Source of the DNA: Acidimicrobiia bacterium
GTDB lineage: Bacteria > Actinomycetota > Acidimicrobiia > Spongiisociales > JAHEDJ01
Reading direction: 5' to 3'
Assembly (NCBI GenBank): GCA_029210695.1
Contig: JARGFH010000008.1
Coordinates: 62,001-97,326, forward strand
Length of the DNA: 35,326 bases
Position 1 is the stretch's first letter. Each line of letters begins with the position of its first letter. Shown here one piece after another: positions 19,132 to 28,091 of this stretch. The notes below the pieces were generated by a model. That model was not told the DNA's origin. It searched no databases and worked only from the letters and a program-made list of their open reading frames with translations. Both the position numbers and the translations under genes were made by a program.

Positions 19132-19266
19132 GGACGGCGACCTACGGCGAATGCCATGATTTGGCCTCCAGTCGAGACCGCTGGTGTCCTCGCCGTTTCG
19201 GGACCATGGGCCCTATGGTGTAGTGGTGATCGCTTCATAATCTCGCGGTGAGACGAGGGGTATTTC

Positions 19267-20862
19267 ATGGATGATATGTCGAACACGCCACCGGACCCGG
19301 AAGACCAAGACGCACTTGAGGTGCCGGAGGCCGAATCCACCGGTTCCGCCGACGATGATTACACCATTCAATCGTTGTACGGCCATCCGCTGGCGGCGCT
19401 GGGCGGGGCAATCATGCTGGCCGGCATCCTGGTCTTCATCGTGCTGCTCGGTCTCGACTACCTCTCGGAGACCGAGAACCCCTATCGGTCACTCGTCGCC
19501 TTCATCGGGGCGCCCGCGATCGGGTTCCTCGGCCTGCTCCTGTTCCTGATTGCCATCCGCGTTCAGGTCTCCTCGGCCAAGCGGCACGGTCAGCACATCC
19601 GCTGGCGGTTGACGATCATCCCGTCGAGCGCCCGCTATATGCGCAACTTGTGGCTGTTCCTGGGCCTCAGCGCCGCGCTTGTCATCATCTTCATCTATGC
19701 AGGGTTCAGGGGGTACGAGGCCACCGAGTCCGTGGCATTCTGCGGAGAGACCTGCCATACAGTGATGGGTCCGCAGATCGAGACCTACGGCGACTCTGCC
19801 CACGCCCGGGTGCCGTGTGTCGAATGCCATATCGGCCCGGGTACCTCATTCTGGGTGCAGTCGAAGATCGACGGTATCCGGCAGGTTGTGGCCGTCGCAC
19901 GGAACTCCTACACCCGGCCGATCCACACGCCGGTGGTGAGCCTCCGGCCTGCTCCAGAGACGTGTGAGCAGTGTCACTGGCCGGAGCAGTTCTACGGCCA
20001 GAAGTTGCAGACGAAGCAGTACTACCGGACCGACGAACAGAACTCGCCGTGGACCATTTCCCTCCTCGTCAACATCGGGGGTGGCAACCCGCAGACGGGC
20101 CGGGCCGAAGGCATCCACTGGCACATGGTCACCGACAGCGTGGTCGAGTACATCGCGGTGGATGAGAAGCGTCAGGACATCCCGTGGTTCCGGGTGACCA
20201 AGCCGGATGGGTCCGTGCAGGTGTATGCCGATCCGACCGCCACGTATCCCGATCCCAACAGCGTGCTCACTGAGAAACGGGTCATGGACTGTGTCGATTG
20301 CCACAACCGCCCGAGCCACAAGTTCACTCCTCCCGCAGTGTCGGTCAACCTCGCTTTGTCGAAGGGCGAGATCTCCGGCGACCTTCCGTTCATCCGTGCA
20401 GTGAGTGTCGACCTGCTCAACGCCGAATACGCAACGCTCGACGAGGCGTTGGCCGGCATCCCGGCCGGCTTGCGGGAGTACTACGAACAGCAGTATCCCG
20501 GGCGGGTCGCAGAACTGACTGAGGACATCGACCAGGCGATCACTGTGCTTCTCGGGATCTACCAGGCCAACTTCTTCCCTGAGATGAACACCGACTACCG
20601 GGCGCGGGAGAACAACCTCAGCCACTTCGTCAACGACGGGTGCTTCCGGTGCCACGGCGGTGACCAGGTCAACGAGGTCGGCGAACCGCTCTCGGCCACC
20701 TGCGACAGCTGTCATGAGATCATCGCGCAGGGCCCGTCTGCGGATCTCAACGAGTTGCAGAACGACATCGCCGGTGTGGACTTCGTTCACCCGCTCGAGA
20801 TCGGCGACATCTGGGAAACGGTGAAGTGCACGCAGTGCCACACCCGGGAGTCCGGCTACTAG
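19267..20862 (+). CDS. NapC/NirT-family 7-haem membrane cytochrome c (ImcH-like quinol dehydrogenase)
   Basis: Three N-terminal TM segments. CGETCH, CVECH, CEQCH, CVDCH, CFRCH, CDSCH, CTQCH. SAHARVPCVECHIGPG, LRPA.ETCEQCHWP, GIHWH, MDCVDCHNRPSH. Confidence 0.88.
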   Translation: MDDMSNTPPDPEDQDALEVPEAESTGSADDDYTIQSLYGHPLAALGGAIMLAGILVFIVLLGLDYLSETENPYRSLVAFIGAPAIGFLGLLLFLIAIRVQVSSAKRHGQHIRWRLTIIPSSARYMRNLWLFLGLSAALVIIFIYAGFRGYEATESVAFCGETCHTVMGPQIETYGDSAHARVPCVECHIGPGTSFWVQSKIDGIRQVVAVARNSYTRPIHTPVVSLRPAPETCEQCHWPEQFYGQKLQTKQYYRTDEQNSPWTISLLVNIGGGNPQTGRAEGIHWHMVTDSVVEYIAVDEKRQDIPWFRVTKPDGSVQVYADPTATYPDPNSVLTEKRVMDCVDCHNRPSHKFTPPAVSVNLALSKGEISGDLPFIRAVSVDLLNAEYATLDEALAGIPAGLREYYEQQYPGRVAELTEDIDQAITVLLGIYQANFFPEMNTDYRARENNLSHFVNDGCFRCHGGDQVNEVGEPLSATCDSCHEIIAQGPSADLNELQNDIAGVDFVHPLEIGDIWETVKCTQCHTRESGY

Positions 20863-20889
20863 GACATGCTCCCTCCAGGGACCCTCGCG

Positions 20890-21404
20890 CGTCTCTCCCC
20901 ACGGTGGGGGAGACTAAAGAGACGTCTTTCTTCAGGGTGCGTCGTGAACGCGTTTCTCCCCCACGTTCGTGGGGGAGATGTCGAGTCCTAGAGACAGAGG
21001 GGGCCGCTGCCTGTGGTGTGCCCCCCTTCCCTTCGCTCGCTTTGCTCGGTTCGGGACTCCCCCCACTTCCGTGGGGGGAGAACGCGGTTGTGGCGTGTGC
21101 AGCAGCGAACCCCTTCTCGCGTTTCTCCCGGCCTGTCCTTGTCGCAAAACAGGGGGGCGCCGCGAGGGGGGTCTTCGGGCAGGGTGCGTCGTTTGTTGAC
21201 GCGTTTCTCCCCCACGGAGTGGGGGAGATGTCGAGTCTTCGAGACAGAGGGGGGCCCCACTCAGAAAGGTGCCCCGCTCAGAAAGGTGCCCCGCTCAGAA
21301 AGGTGCCCCGCTCAGAAAGGTGCCCCGCTCAGAAAGGTGCCCTCCTCCCCTTCACTCGCTTTGCTCGGTTCGGGACTCCCTCTACTGCCGTGAGGGGAGA
21401 ACGC
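20890..21404. repeat. Cluster of REP-like palindromic repeats (duplicated A-B unit) between convergent genes
   Basis: A (TCTCCCCCAC..GTGGGGGAGATGTCGAGTC..GAGACAGAGGGGG) at about 20933-21006 and 21180-21258. B (CTCGCTTTGCTCGGTTCGGGACTCCC..GGGGAGAACGC) at about 21029-21084 and 21348-21404. Confidence 0.8.
21260..21342. repeat. 17-bp tandem repeat CTCAGAAAGGTGCCCCG, about 4.9 copies
   Basis: Copies start at 21260, 21277, 21294, 21311 and 21328. Confidence 0.95.
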
Positions 21405-21425
21405 CGAGGGGCGCGAAGCCCAGCT

Positions 21426-22934
21426 TTACGGCGCGCCGGCCCCGATCCACTCCTTGAACGTCGCCAGCTCCGCAGCAGTGAAGGCACCCGGATGGCCTCC
21501 GGCCTCCTGGACGGTGATGAGCGTGCTCCCGGCGGCGTCGCCGGGAAGGATCGCATCGCCGCTGGCCAGCGCATTCGAGAGCGAGGACAGATCCACGCCA
21601 CCGAGGGCCACCGTGTCGGAGTGGCAGGCGCCACACCGCAGAGCGGCCGTCGCTCCGATTCCACCGTCCCAACTCAGTGCTGCGGTCGGCGTTGCGCCGT
21701 CACCGGCGGCTCCGGAGTCGATCCACGCAGTGACCAGGGCCAGATCTCCGGCGGTCAATTGGCCGGGATGTCCTCCGGCCTCCTGGACCGTCACCAGGGA
21801 ACTGGCAGCGGCGTCACCGGTGACAACAACTCCCTCGGAACCCAGCGCCCCCTCGTATGACGAGAGGTCGAGTCCGCCCATTGAGTTCGAGGCTGAGTGG
21901 CAGGTACCACAGTTATCGGCCAGTAGGGGTCCAACCGTCGCCCATGTGACTTCGCCCTGCGGCACCGTGGTCTCGGTGGGGAGGGTGGTGTCGGGGATGA
22001 CGATGGTCGGGAGCGGGTTGTCTTCAGAGAGCGCCGGTCCGCTCGGGTTCTGGAACTCAGGTGGCAGCGGTTTGAAGGCCACTACGTCTTCGATGGGCTC
22101 GATGGTGGCGATAGACGTATCTTCGAAGCTCACGAACCAGTAGATGCCGGCCATCATGAGGACCGCCACAACGCCGAAGGCGAGCAGGAACTTGCGCCGC
22201 CGCTCAGCCATCTGGGCCGGGGTCGCCTGCGGACCGGACTTGCCTGCCTCTATGGCCTCGAGTTCCAGGCCGTGTTCTTCGATCATCTCTACCCGGCTGA
22301 TGTAGCCGGTGAAGATGCTCCTGTTGAAGTGCTTGATGTGCACGTGGTAGATGTGCCAGACGAGGATGGCCAGCACTGCCAGGATCGCCTCTCCACCGTG
22401 AGCTGCTTTGGCGGCCGGGATGAAATCGCCGGGGAGGAACTTGGCGGTGGAAATCGGATTCCACAGCATGTAGCCGGTGGCGATCATCAACACGGTGCCC
22501 CAGACGAACGACCAGTACTCGACTTTCTCCGCGAATGTGAACCGACCTTGTTTCACCGGTTCGTGCCGCCGTCCCGCCAGCAGCGCGACCGATTCTTTGA
22601 TGGCAATCCAGTCGCGCTTGCTCGGGACCATGGCCCGTGGCCGCCGTTCGACGTACGTGCGATATCCGGCTTTTCCAAAGTGCCAGATGACGGCGAGCAT
22701 GAGGATGGTCGCCAGCCACCGATGAATAACGCGCACTTGCGGCAACCCACCGAGGAACCCGATCCACCACTGAGAGATGGCCGACTCGAAGAACTTCTGG
22801 ATAAGTCCGGTGAGGCCGAGGCCGGCGAAGCTGATTACCTGGACGGCATGCTCGATGCGATCCGCTTTTCCAAAACGCAGTATCCGGTCATCCGCTTGGA
22901 CGTCCGCTGCTTGGCGCTCGAGGACGTCAGACAC
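21426..22934 (-). CDS. Cytochrome b (FdnI/HydC-like, CbcL/CbcB-type) fused to two C-terminal monohaem c domains
   Basis: RIEH..LTGLIQKF, VIHR..IWH, GRFTFAEKVEYW..WGT.LMIATG.MLWNP, AHGGEAILA..VWHIYHVH. CGTCH and CGACH lie in duplicated GG.DLSS..GDAA.S.L..WI..GA domains. Confidence 0.88.
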   Translation of the reverse strand: MSDVLERQAADVQADDRILRFGKADRIEHAVQVISFAGLGLTGLIQKFFESAISQWWIGFLGGLPQVRVIHRWLATILMLAVIWHFGKAGYRTYVERRPRAMVPSKRDWIAIKESVALLAGRRHEPVKQGRFTFAEKVEYWSFVWGTVLMIATGYMLWNPISTAKFLPGDFIPAAKAAHGGEAILAVLAILVWHIYHVHIKHFNRSIFTGYISRVEMIEEHGLELEAIEAGKSGPQATPAQMAERRRKFLLAFGVVAVLMMAGIYWFVSFEDTSIATIEPIEDVVAFKPLPPEFQNPSGPALSEDNPLPTIVIPDTTLPTETTVPQGEVTWATVGPLLADNCGTCHSASNSMGGLDLSSYEGALGSEGVVVTGDAAASSLVTVQEAGGHPGQLTAGDLALVTAWIDSGAAGDGATPTAALSWDGGIGATAALRCGACHSDTVALGGVDLSSLSNALASGDAILPGDAAGSTLITVQEAGGHPGAFTAAELATFKEWIGAGAP

Positions 22935-24036
22935 TCGCGGCCGCCTTCCGTCGATGCTGCAGATGGCGAATGCCATCGATCGTCACCCAGACCAGCATGC
23001 CCCCTACGACGCCGGGGATGACGAGTCGGTAGAACCAGTTGACCAGCCAGACAAAAATCGCCTGGTCGGCGGTTGGTTGGTAGTGCTTCATCCACGAGTC
23101 AGGGAAGTTGGCGGTGGCGTCGGGGTGGCACCGCTGACAGGTGAGGAGCAGGTTCTCCTTGTAGACAGTCGAGTCGACCGAGTCGGCGGCCAGGATGTTG
23201 TGCACGCCGTGGCAGTCGATACAGACCGGCGAATTGGTCTTCTGGTCGGGCGCCAGTTCCTCGAAGAGCATGACAGTCGTGCCGTGGAAATCGGCCACAT
23301 AGGTGTCGAAGACGGCCGTGCTGATCCCGTACTTGCCCATGAGGGCTTCGTCCGCGTGGCAGTCCTCGCAGATTTTCGGTGAGAACAAGTGGAACTGCGA
23401 GTGCGAAGGTCCTTCAACACTGTGGACACCGTGACAACTCGTGCAGCTCGGAACGTCCTGATTGTCGTGTTCGAGCAGGGCGGCGCCGTGGATGCTGCCG
23501 GCATACAGGTCGTAGATTTCCGAGTGGCAGTTCCGGCAAGTGCGGGGGATGGCCGTCGTGTCGGCGCTCGGGTGAGTCACGTTGTGGGCGCCGTGGCAGT
23601 CAGTGCAGACGGCTGCTTCCCGGTTGCCGCCGGCCAGTGCCTCGGTGTGCATGTTGTCGAGCGTGTCGGTGTATTCGCTCTGATGGCAGTTGAAACACGT
23701 GGTGTACAACTCAATGGCGAGGTCACGACGGGTGACGGCCGACATCGGATCGTGGGGGTATTGCCCGATATCGGTATGACAGGCAATGCAGGTGAGGCCG
23801 GCCTGACCGTGAATCGAGGCGTCAAAGACGGTGCGCGGCACCACGGCGGGAAGCATCTCACCCGACGGGAACGACAGAATGATGTTCCCGGATTTGTGGC
23901 ATCCTAGGCAGTAATTGTTGACTTCCGAGTCGGCGGAGTCCTGCGCTGAGGCCAAGTCCGCCGAGAGGGCAGTGAATCCGATGACGGCAATGAACAGCAT
24001 CCCCCACAGAGCGAACCGTTGCAGCTTGGTGCGCAT
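22927..24036 (-). CDS. 9-haem cytochrome c with signal peptide and C-terminal membrane anchor (CbcL c-domain/CbcA-like)
   Basis: CLGCH, CIACH, CFNCH, CTDCH, CRNCH, CTSCH, CEDCH, CIDCH, CQRCH. Recurrent S.HG, CHG.H motifs; TCQRCHPDATANF; overlaps the cytochrome b gene. Confidence 0.88.
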   Translation of the reverse strand: MRTKLQRFALWGMLFIAVIGFTALSADLASAQDSADSEVNNYCLGCHKSGNIILSFPSGEMLPAVVPRTVFDASIHGQAGLTCIACHTDIGQYPHDPMSAVTRRDLAIELYTTCFNCHQSEYTDTLDNMHTEALAGGNREAAVCTDCHGAHNVTHPSADTTAIPRTCRNCHSEIYDLYAGSIHGAALLEHDNQDVPSCTSCHGVHSVEGPSHSQFHLFSPKICEDCHADEALMGKYGISTAVFDTYVADFHGTTVMLFEELAPDQKTNSPVCIDCHGVHNILAADSVDSTVYKENLLLTCQRCHPDATANFPDSWMKHYQPTADQAIFVWLVNWFYRLVIPGVVGGMLVWVTIDGIRHLQHRRKAAASV

Positions 24037-24165
24037 CGATCTCTCCGGAATCGGTTGTTGGTCCGATCTCTCTTGGTCAAGCTACCGCATGACCCGCCGG
24101 CCACTCCAGGGGCCTGAGTCACTTACTAAAGGGTCGGGAACACCTTTGTTGATTGGGCCTTTGGC

Positions 24166-25564
24166 GGCACTCCGCGATTCAGTGGGGTGTGCTGGTTGCG
24201 AGTAGGTCCCAGTTGGGTTTTCCGGCGTAGAGGAGGGTTCGGATCCGGTAGTTGCGGAAGTTGGTGATCCTGAACGCCATCCGCTTGACGCGCTTGAGGA
24301 GGTTGTTGACCGCTTCGGTTGGTCCGTTCGACACCCGAGCCCGGTGCCAAGCCACGATCTGATCCTTCCACCGGGCGATGGTGCGGCCGAGGGAACGCAC
24401 CTCGAGGGGCATCGTCCGGTCTCCGAGGTCGTCGATGAGCTGGTCGACGAGCTCACAGGCGAGGTCGTGATCGTCGAAGTGGTAGATGGACCGGATGGTC
24501 TCTTTGGCATGCCAGGTCATCTGCACCTCACCCCGAGGGTCGCCCGCCTTGAGCAGACCGGTCAGTTTCAGCTCGCCGGCTTGGTCGAGCCGCTCATGGG
24601 CTTTGGTCAACAACCGCCGTGCCCGATACAACGGGTCGTCTTTTCTGCCTCGATGCCCGACGGTCTCGTTCTGGACTCGGCGGCGGCACTCGTCCAGCTT
24701 CGAGTTGGCGAGGCGTACAAGGTGGAACGGGTCGGCCACCTGGACAGCGTCGGGAAGCATCACATCGAACACTTTCCGGTACGGTCCCGACAAGTCCAAC
24801 GTCGCCCACCGGATCCGGCCCCGCCACTCGCCTGTCTGCTTCTCGAGCCATTCGATCGGACCCGAAGCGGCGCGGCCGGCCACCACATCGAGCAACTGGC
24901 CGGCTTCCACGTCGACGATCTGAGTGGTCCACTCCTGGCGGCGCCATTCCCCGACACGGCACCGCAACGTCTCATCCAACCCCAGGGCCGACACGTCTCC
25001 GAACCGTGCCGGGTCGTCGACCAGGGCTTGACCGTAGGCAGCGACGGCGTCCATCACCGGATGCCAGCCGCAGCCCAGATCCTTGGCCACCTCCGTGACT
25101 GATCGGCCATGACGACCCACCTGCACCGTCGCCCACCGGCCCGCCCGATCCGTCAACTTCAACCGGGATGCGGCGATTGCCGGTGCCTGCTCGGTGAACG
25201 ACCCGCACCTCAACGGGCATGCCCAGCGGATCTTGCGCCACGCCAACACCGTCGGCCGTCCGAAACAGGGCAGATCCGTCAACTCGACCATGTTCCGATC
25301 GTTCACCGTCACCGCCGACCCACAGGCGGGACACGACGGACGTTCTCCTCTGGTCTCGACCATCACTCGAAGATGGGTGTCGGCATCGGTCACCTCCAAC
25401 ACGTTGACGGCGGGCAACCCCACCAGCAGCTCGCACATGGCAATAGCATCACACGACACAGGGACTCCCGAATCTCGAAGGCCTAAAACACCTCCAGATT
25501 CGTCGAGTCCCTGTTACTCGTCGAGGATCCCCACCGATCACACCCCACTCAAACGCGAAGCCCC
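24166..25564 (-). mobile_element. Complete ISL3-family insertion sequence (1399 bp)
   Basis: 26-bp imperfect IRs (GGGGCTTCGCGTTTGAGTGGGGTGTG / GGCACTCCGCGATTCAGTGGGGTGTG, 21/26 match). 8-bp TSD CCTTTGGC at 24158-24165 and 25565-25572. Confidence 0.95.
24179..25459 (-). CDS. ISL3 family transposase
   Basis: CPACG zinc finger, LGLDET, TLDLSGPY, VADPFHLV, GHRGRKDDPLY, SNGPTEAVNNLLKRVKR..F...FRNYR. Confidence 0.95.
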   Translation of the reverse strand: MSCDAIAMCELLVGLPAVNVLEVTDADTHLRVMVETRGERPSCPACGSAVTVNDRNMVELTDLPCFGRPTVLAWRKIRWACPLRCGSFTEQAPAIAASRLKLTDRAGRWATVQVGRHGRSVTEVAKDLGCGWHPVMDAVAAYGQALVDDPARFGDVSALGLDETLRCRVGEWRRQEWTTQIVDVEAGQLLDVVAGRAASGPIEWLEKQTGEWRGRIRWATLDLSGPYRKVFDVMLPDAVQVADPFHLVRLANSKLDECRRRVQNETVGHRGRKDDPLYRARRLLTKAHERLDQAGELKLTGLLKAGDPRGEVQMTWHAKETIRSIYHFDDHDLACELVDQLIDDLGDRTMPLEVRSLGRTIARWKDQIVAWHRARVSNGPTEAVNNLLKRVKRMAFRITNFRNYRIRTLLYAGKPNWDLLATSTPH

Positions 25565-25589
25565 CCTTTGGCCCGGGTGTCGAGCGGGG

Positions 25590-26780
25590 TCAGCCCTCGG
25601 GTGGTTGGTAAGTCCTCGCGTAGGCCGCCTGCTCCAGGTCGTTGGCAGACGGCAGTGGCGTCGCAACGGTGAAGAGCACGACACGGTTGTTCTCGCGGTC
25701 GGCCAGCGCGAACGACCCATCCGGGGCCACGGCGAGCTTCTCGGGGAAGTTGAGAGATGTCTCCGCGATGCCGGCCGCACCGAACTCCGAAATCAGCTCC
25801 CCATCTGGGTTGAGAACAACGATGTGTCCGGCGCCGGAGCACTTGTCTTGTGCTCTGAAGGTGTCCACCACGTAGAGATTTCCGTCGGATCCGATGGCGA
25901 TTCCTCGCGGAAGTTGCCAGAAGCTGACGATTTCTCCATCGACGTCACGCTCACCGGAGATCCACAGGACTTCGCCCGTCTCGTCGAGGGCGACTATGCG
26001 GCGGTTGAGCGTGTCGGCAACGTAGAACGTGCCGGTCTCCTCATCAATTGTGAATGCGTCGGGGAAAGCGAATTCCCCGGCCCCGGACCCCCTGGCGTCG
26101 CCTCCCCAGCGGTCGACAACGTGGCCCGATCGATCGAAGAAGTAGAGCCCGTCGTTGCTGGCGGCCACGATCTGGTCTTTCCACACGCGTACCTCGTAGG
26201 GGGAGAACCCGTCCGGTCCAAAGACGTCGAAATCCTGGTCTACTGCCGGGAAGGTCTCGATGTATCTGCCGTCAGCTGAATAGATCAAGATCGCTCGAAG
26301 CGCCCAATCGGCGACGTACAACCTCTGCTGATCCGCGGAAAACGCCATGCTGTAGGGTCCCCATAGTTTGCCGGGGCCTTCGTCCGCTCCGATGACGTTG
26401 ATGAGCTCCTTCTCGGGTCCGAATACGAGAATTCTGCCGTTACCGGTGTCGGCCACGAGCACATTCCCGTTCACATCGAACTGTGTCGCTAGGGGTTGGA
26501 GCAGTAACTCGTCGGCACCCGACCCGAATCCGATGATGGTTTTCTCGAATACCATTGGACAGTCGGCTGGGAGCGCCAGGTTTCCTGCATCGGAATCCGG
26601 ACGCAATATCCAGATCAGCGTTATTGCCAGGATACCCGCCGCGATTACGAGCAATACGATGAGGCCCAGCAGCATCCTTCTTCCGCGGCGATCGGCTTCA
26701 ACAGGCTCGGTTCCTCCCGTTGAGGTTGGGGGTGGTGGGCCGGGGGTTGTGCCTGGGCCTTGAGGTGGGTTTGCTTCCAT
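25590..26780 (-). CDS. NHL-repeat (six-bladed beta-propeller) protein with N-terminal TM anchor
   Basis: Repeated VADTGNGRI, LYVADW, FAFPDAF..FYVADTLNRRI, LPRGIAI..LYVVDT, LNFPEKLAV..LADRENNRV. Confidence 0.9.
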   Translation of the reverse strand: MEANPPQGPGTTPGPPPPTSTGGTEPVEADRRGRRMLLGLIVLLVIAAGILAITLIWILRPDSDAGNLALPADCPMVFEKTIIGFGSGADELLLQPLATQFDVNGNVLVADTGNGRILVFGPEKELINVIGADEGPGKLWGPYSMAFSADQQRLYVADWALRAILIYSADGRYIETFPAVDQDFDVFGPDGFSPYEVRVWKDQIVAASNDGLYFFDRSGHVVDRWGGDARGSGAGEFAFPDAFTIDEETGTFYVADTLNRRIVALDETGEVLWISGERDVDGEIVSFWQLPRGIAIGSDGNLYVVDTFRAQDKCSGAGHIVVLNPDGELISEFGAAGIAETSLNFPEKLAVAPDGSFALADRENNRVVLFTVATPLPSANDLEQAAYARTYQPPEG

Positions 26781-26788
26781 GGTTGCTC

Positions 26789-27445
26789 CTATGGTGTCGT
26801 GGCAGCGGCACCGAGCCTGGCGAGCGCATCGCGGATGTCGGTGTTTGTGGGGTTGAAGGCTGACGCTTGTTCGTATGCGGCGATTGCACTATCGATCTCG
26901 CCCTGCGCCTCCAGCGCTCTACCGAGCCCGAAGTGCGCGTCTGAGACGAAACGATTGTCCGCGATGGCCTCTTGGAAAGCCTCCTGGGCTTCCGTGGGCC
27001 GATCCATCTCGAGCAGCAGGTCGCCGAGAGCGATGAACGGCAGCGCCTTGTTTTCTCGCGGAGCGTATTCGGCCGACCGGGTGAGCATCTCGGTTGCCCT
27101 GTTTTGATCTTCCCTCCTCACCATGACAGCGAGGTCCAGTAGTGCCGACCACTGGTTGGGGTCGATTTCCAGTGCGCGCTCGAGTGTTTGCCGAGCTTCT
27201 TCGGCTTCGCCGTTTCGGAGCAGTGCATTTCCGAGGCCGGCGAGAGCCCAGGCGGCACCAGGGTTTTTATCAACGGTGTCGCGCCAGGATGTAATCTCGA
27301 GGGCGGTCATCGTCTCCGGTACGGGATCGGGGCGGAGCTGTAGAAAGACGATCGCGCCTCCCAGACCGGTCACGACGATCATCAGGACAACCACGATGGT
27401 CAGAAGACCAGTCGGGATCGGCTGCGCTCTCTTACTTCCAGTCAT
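26789..27445 (-). CDS. Tetratricopeptide repeat protein with N-terminal TM anchor
   Basis: LAGLGNALLRNGEAEEA..LERALEIDP, ALGDLL, AHFGLGRALEAQGEIDSAIAAYEQA..FNP. Confidence 0.9.
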   Translation of the reverse strand: MTGSKRAQPIPTGLLTIVVVLMIVVTGLGGAIVFLQLRPDPVPETMTALEITSWRDTVDKNPGAAWALAGLGNALLRNGEAEEARQTLERALEIDPNQWSALLDLAVMVRREDQNRATEMLTRSAEYAPRENKALPFIALGDLLLEMDRPTEAQEAFQEAIADNRFVSDAHFGLGRALEAQGEIDSAIAAYEQASAFNPTNTDIRDALARLGAAATTP

Positions 27446-28091
27446 CTGCCAATACCTCTACTTCGACTTCGTCCCGTCGGGTTTCCAGCCAGTCTACGAA
27501 TGCGGCTTCTTGCATGTCTCCAGTTAGTTCATCCATCAAGGAGTTCCTCACCTCGATGAAGGGGAGCGTGCCACCAGAGTCTTTGAACTGGTCGGGGTTC
27601 GCGTTGTAGTAGGCCTCGGCATTTTCCTCGGTTGCCTCGATGCCTTCAGTGATCGCCCGGTACACCCGTGACGAGGACTCCTGGAGGTACAAACGGCGGC
27701 GTGCCTCCTGCTCGTCGATTCCGTTTTGAGCCAGCCAGGCTTCCCACTCGTCGCCGCCGCCGATGGCAGCGCGTAGATCGTCTAGTGCTTGGTCAACATC
27801 GCCATCGGAGACGGCTACGCCTCGCTCTTCGGCTTCAATCTCTACGATGATGTCGTCGGTGAGCGTCCGAAGCACAACGACCCGCCAATCCTCGCCAAGC
27901 GCTACCTCGATATCGCCCCCGTGTAATTGCGCGATGCCTGCAATGCGAGAATCCGCCACCGATTCGTAGACAGGACGGCCATCCACTGTGGCGATGATCG
28001 GCCCGGCGGGTTCAGACGATTCACATGCCGGGGCAGTGATAGCCAAGACCGCGAGGAAAAGAGCACTCCCGGTGTTGCGGCGCAGCTTCAT
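27432..28091 (-). CDS. SurA N-terminal/PrsA-like foldase lipoprotein (no clear parvulin domain)
   Basis: Signal peptide ending APAC, IIATVDG, VLRTLTDD..VEIEAEERGVAVSDGDVDQ, EAYYNANPDQF, WLETRR. ATGA overlap with the upstream gene. Confidence 0.8.
   Translation of the reverse strand: MKLRRNTGSALFLAVLAITAPACESSEPAGPIIATVDGRPVYESVADSRIAGIAQLHGGDIEVALGEDWRVVVLRTLTDDIIVEIEAEERGVAVSDGDVDQALDDLRAAIGGGDEWEAWLAQNGIDEQEARRRLYLQESSSRVYRAITEGIEATEENAEAYYNANPDQFKDSGGTLPFIEVRNSLMDELTGDMQEAAFVDWLETRRDEVEVEVLADDWK

Noticed and set aside
21260..21342. Possible mini-CRISPR
   Set aside because: Contiguous 17-bp tandem copies with no spacers.
20826..21860. 344-aa plus-strand ORF and other ORFs over the repeat region
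   Set aside because: These are translations of REP/VNTR sequence and the antisense of the cytochrome b gene, with no protein-like features.
25194..26279. 361-aa plus-strand ORF spanning the IS end and the NHL gene
   Set aside because: Antisense shadow ORF crossing an IS boundary, typical of high-GC DNA.
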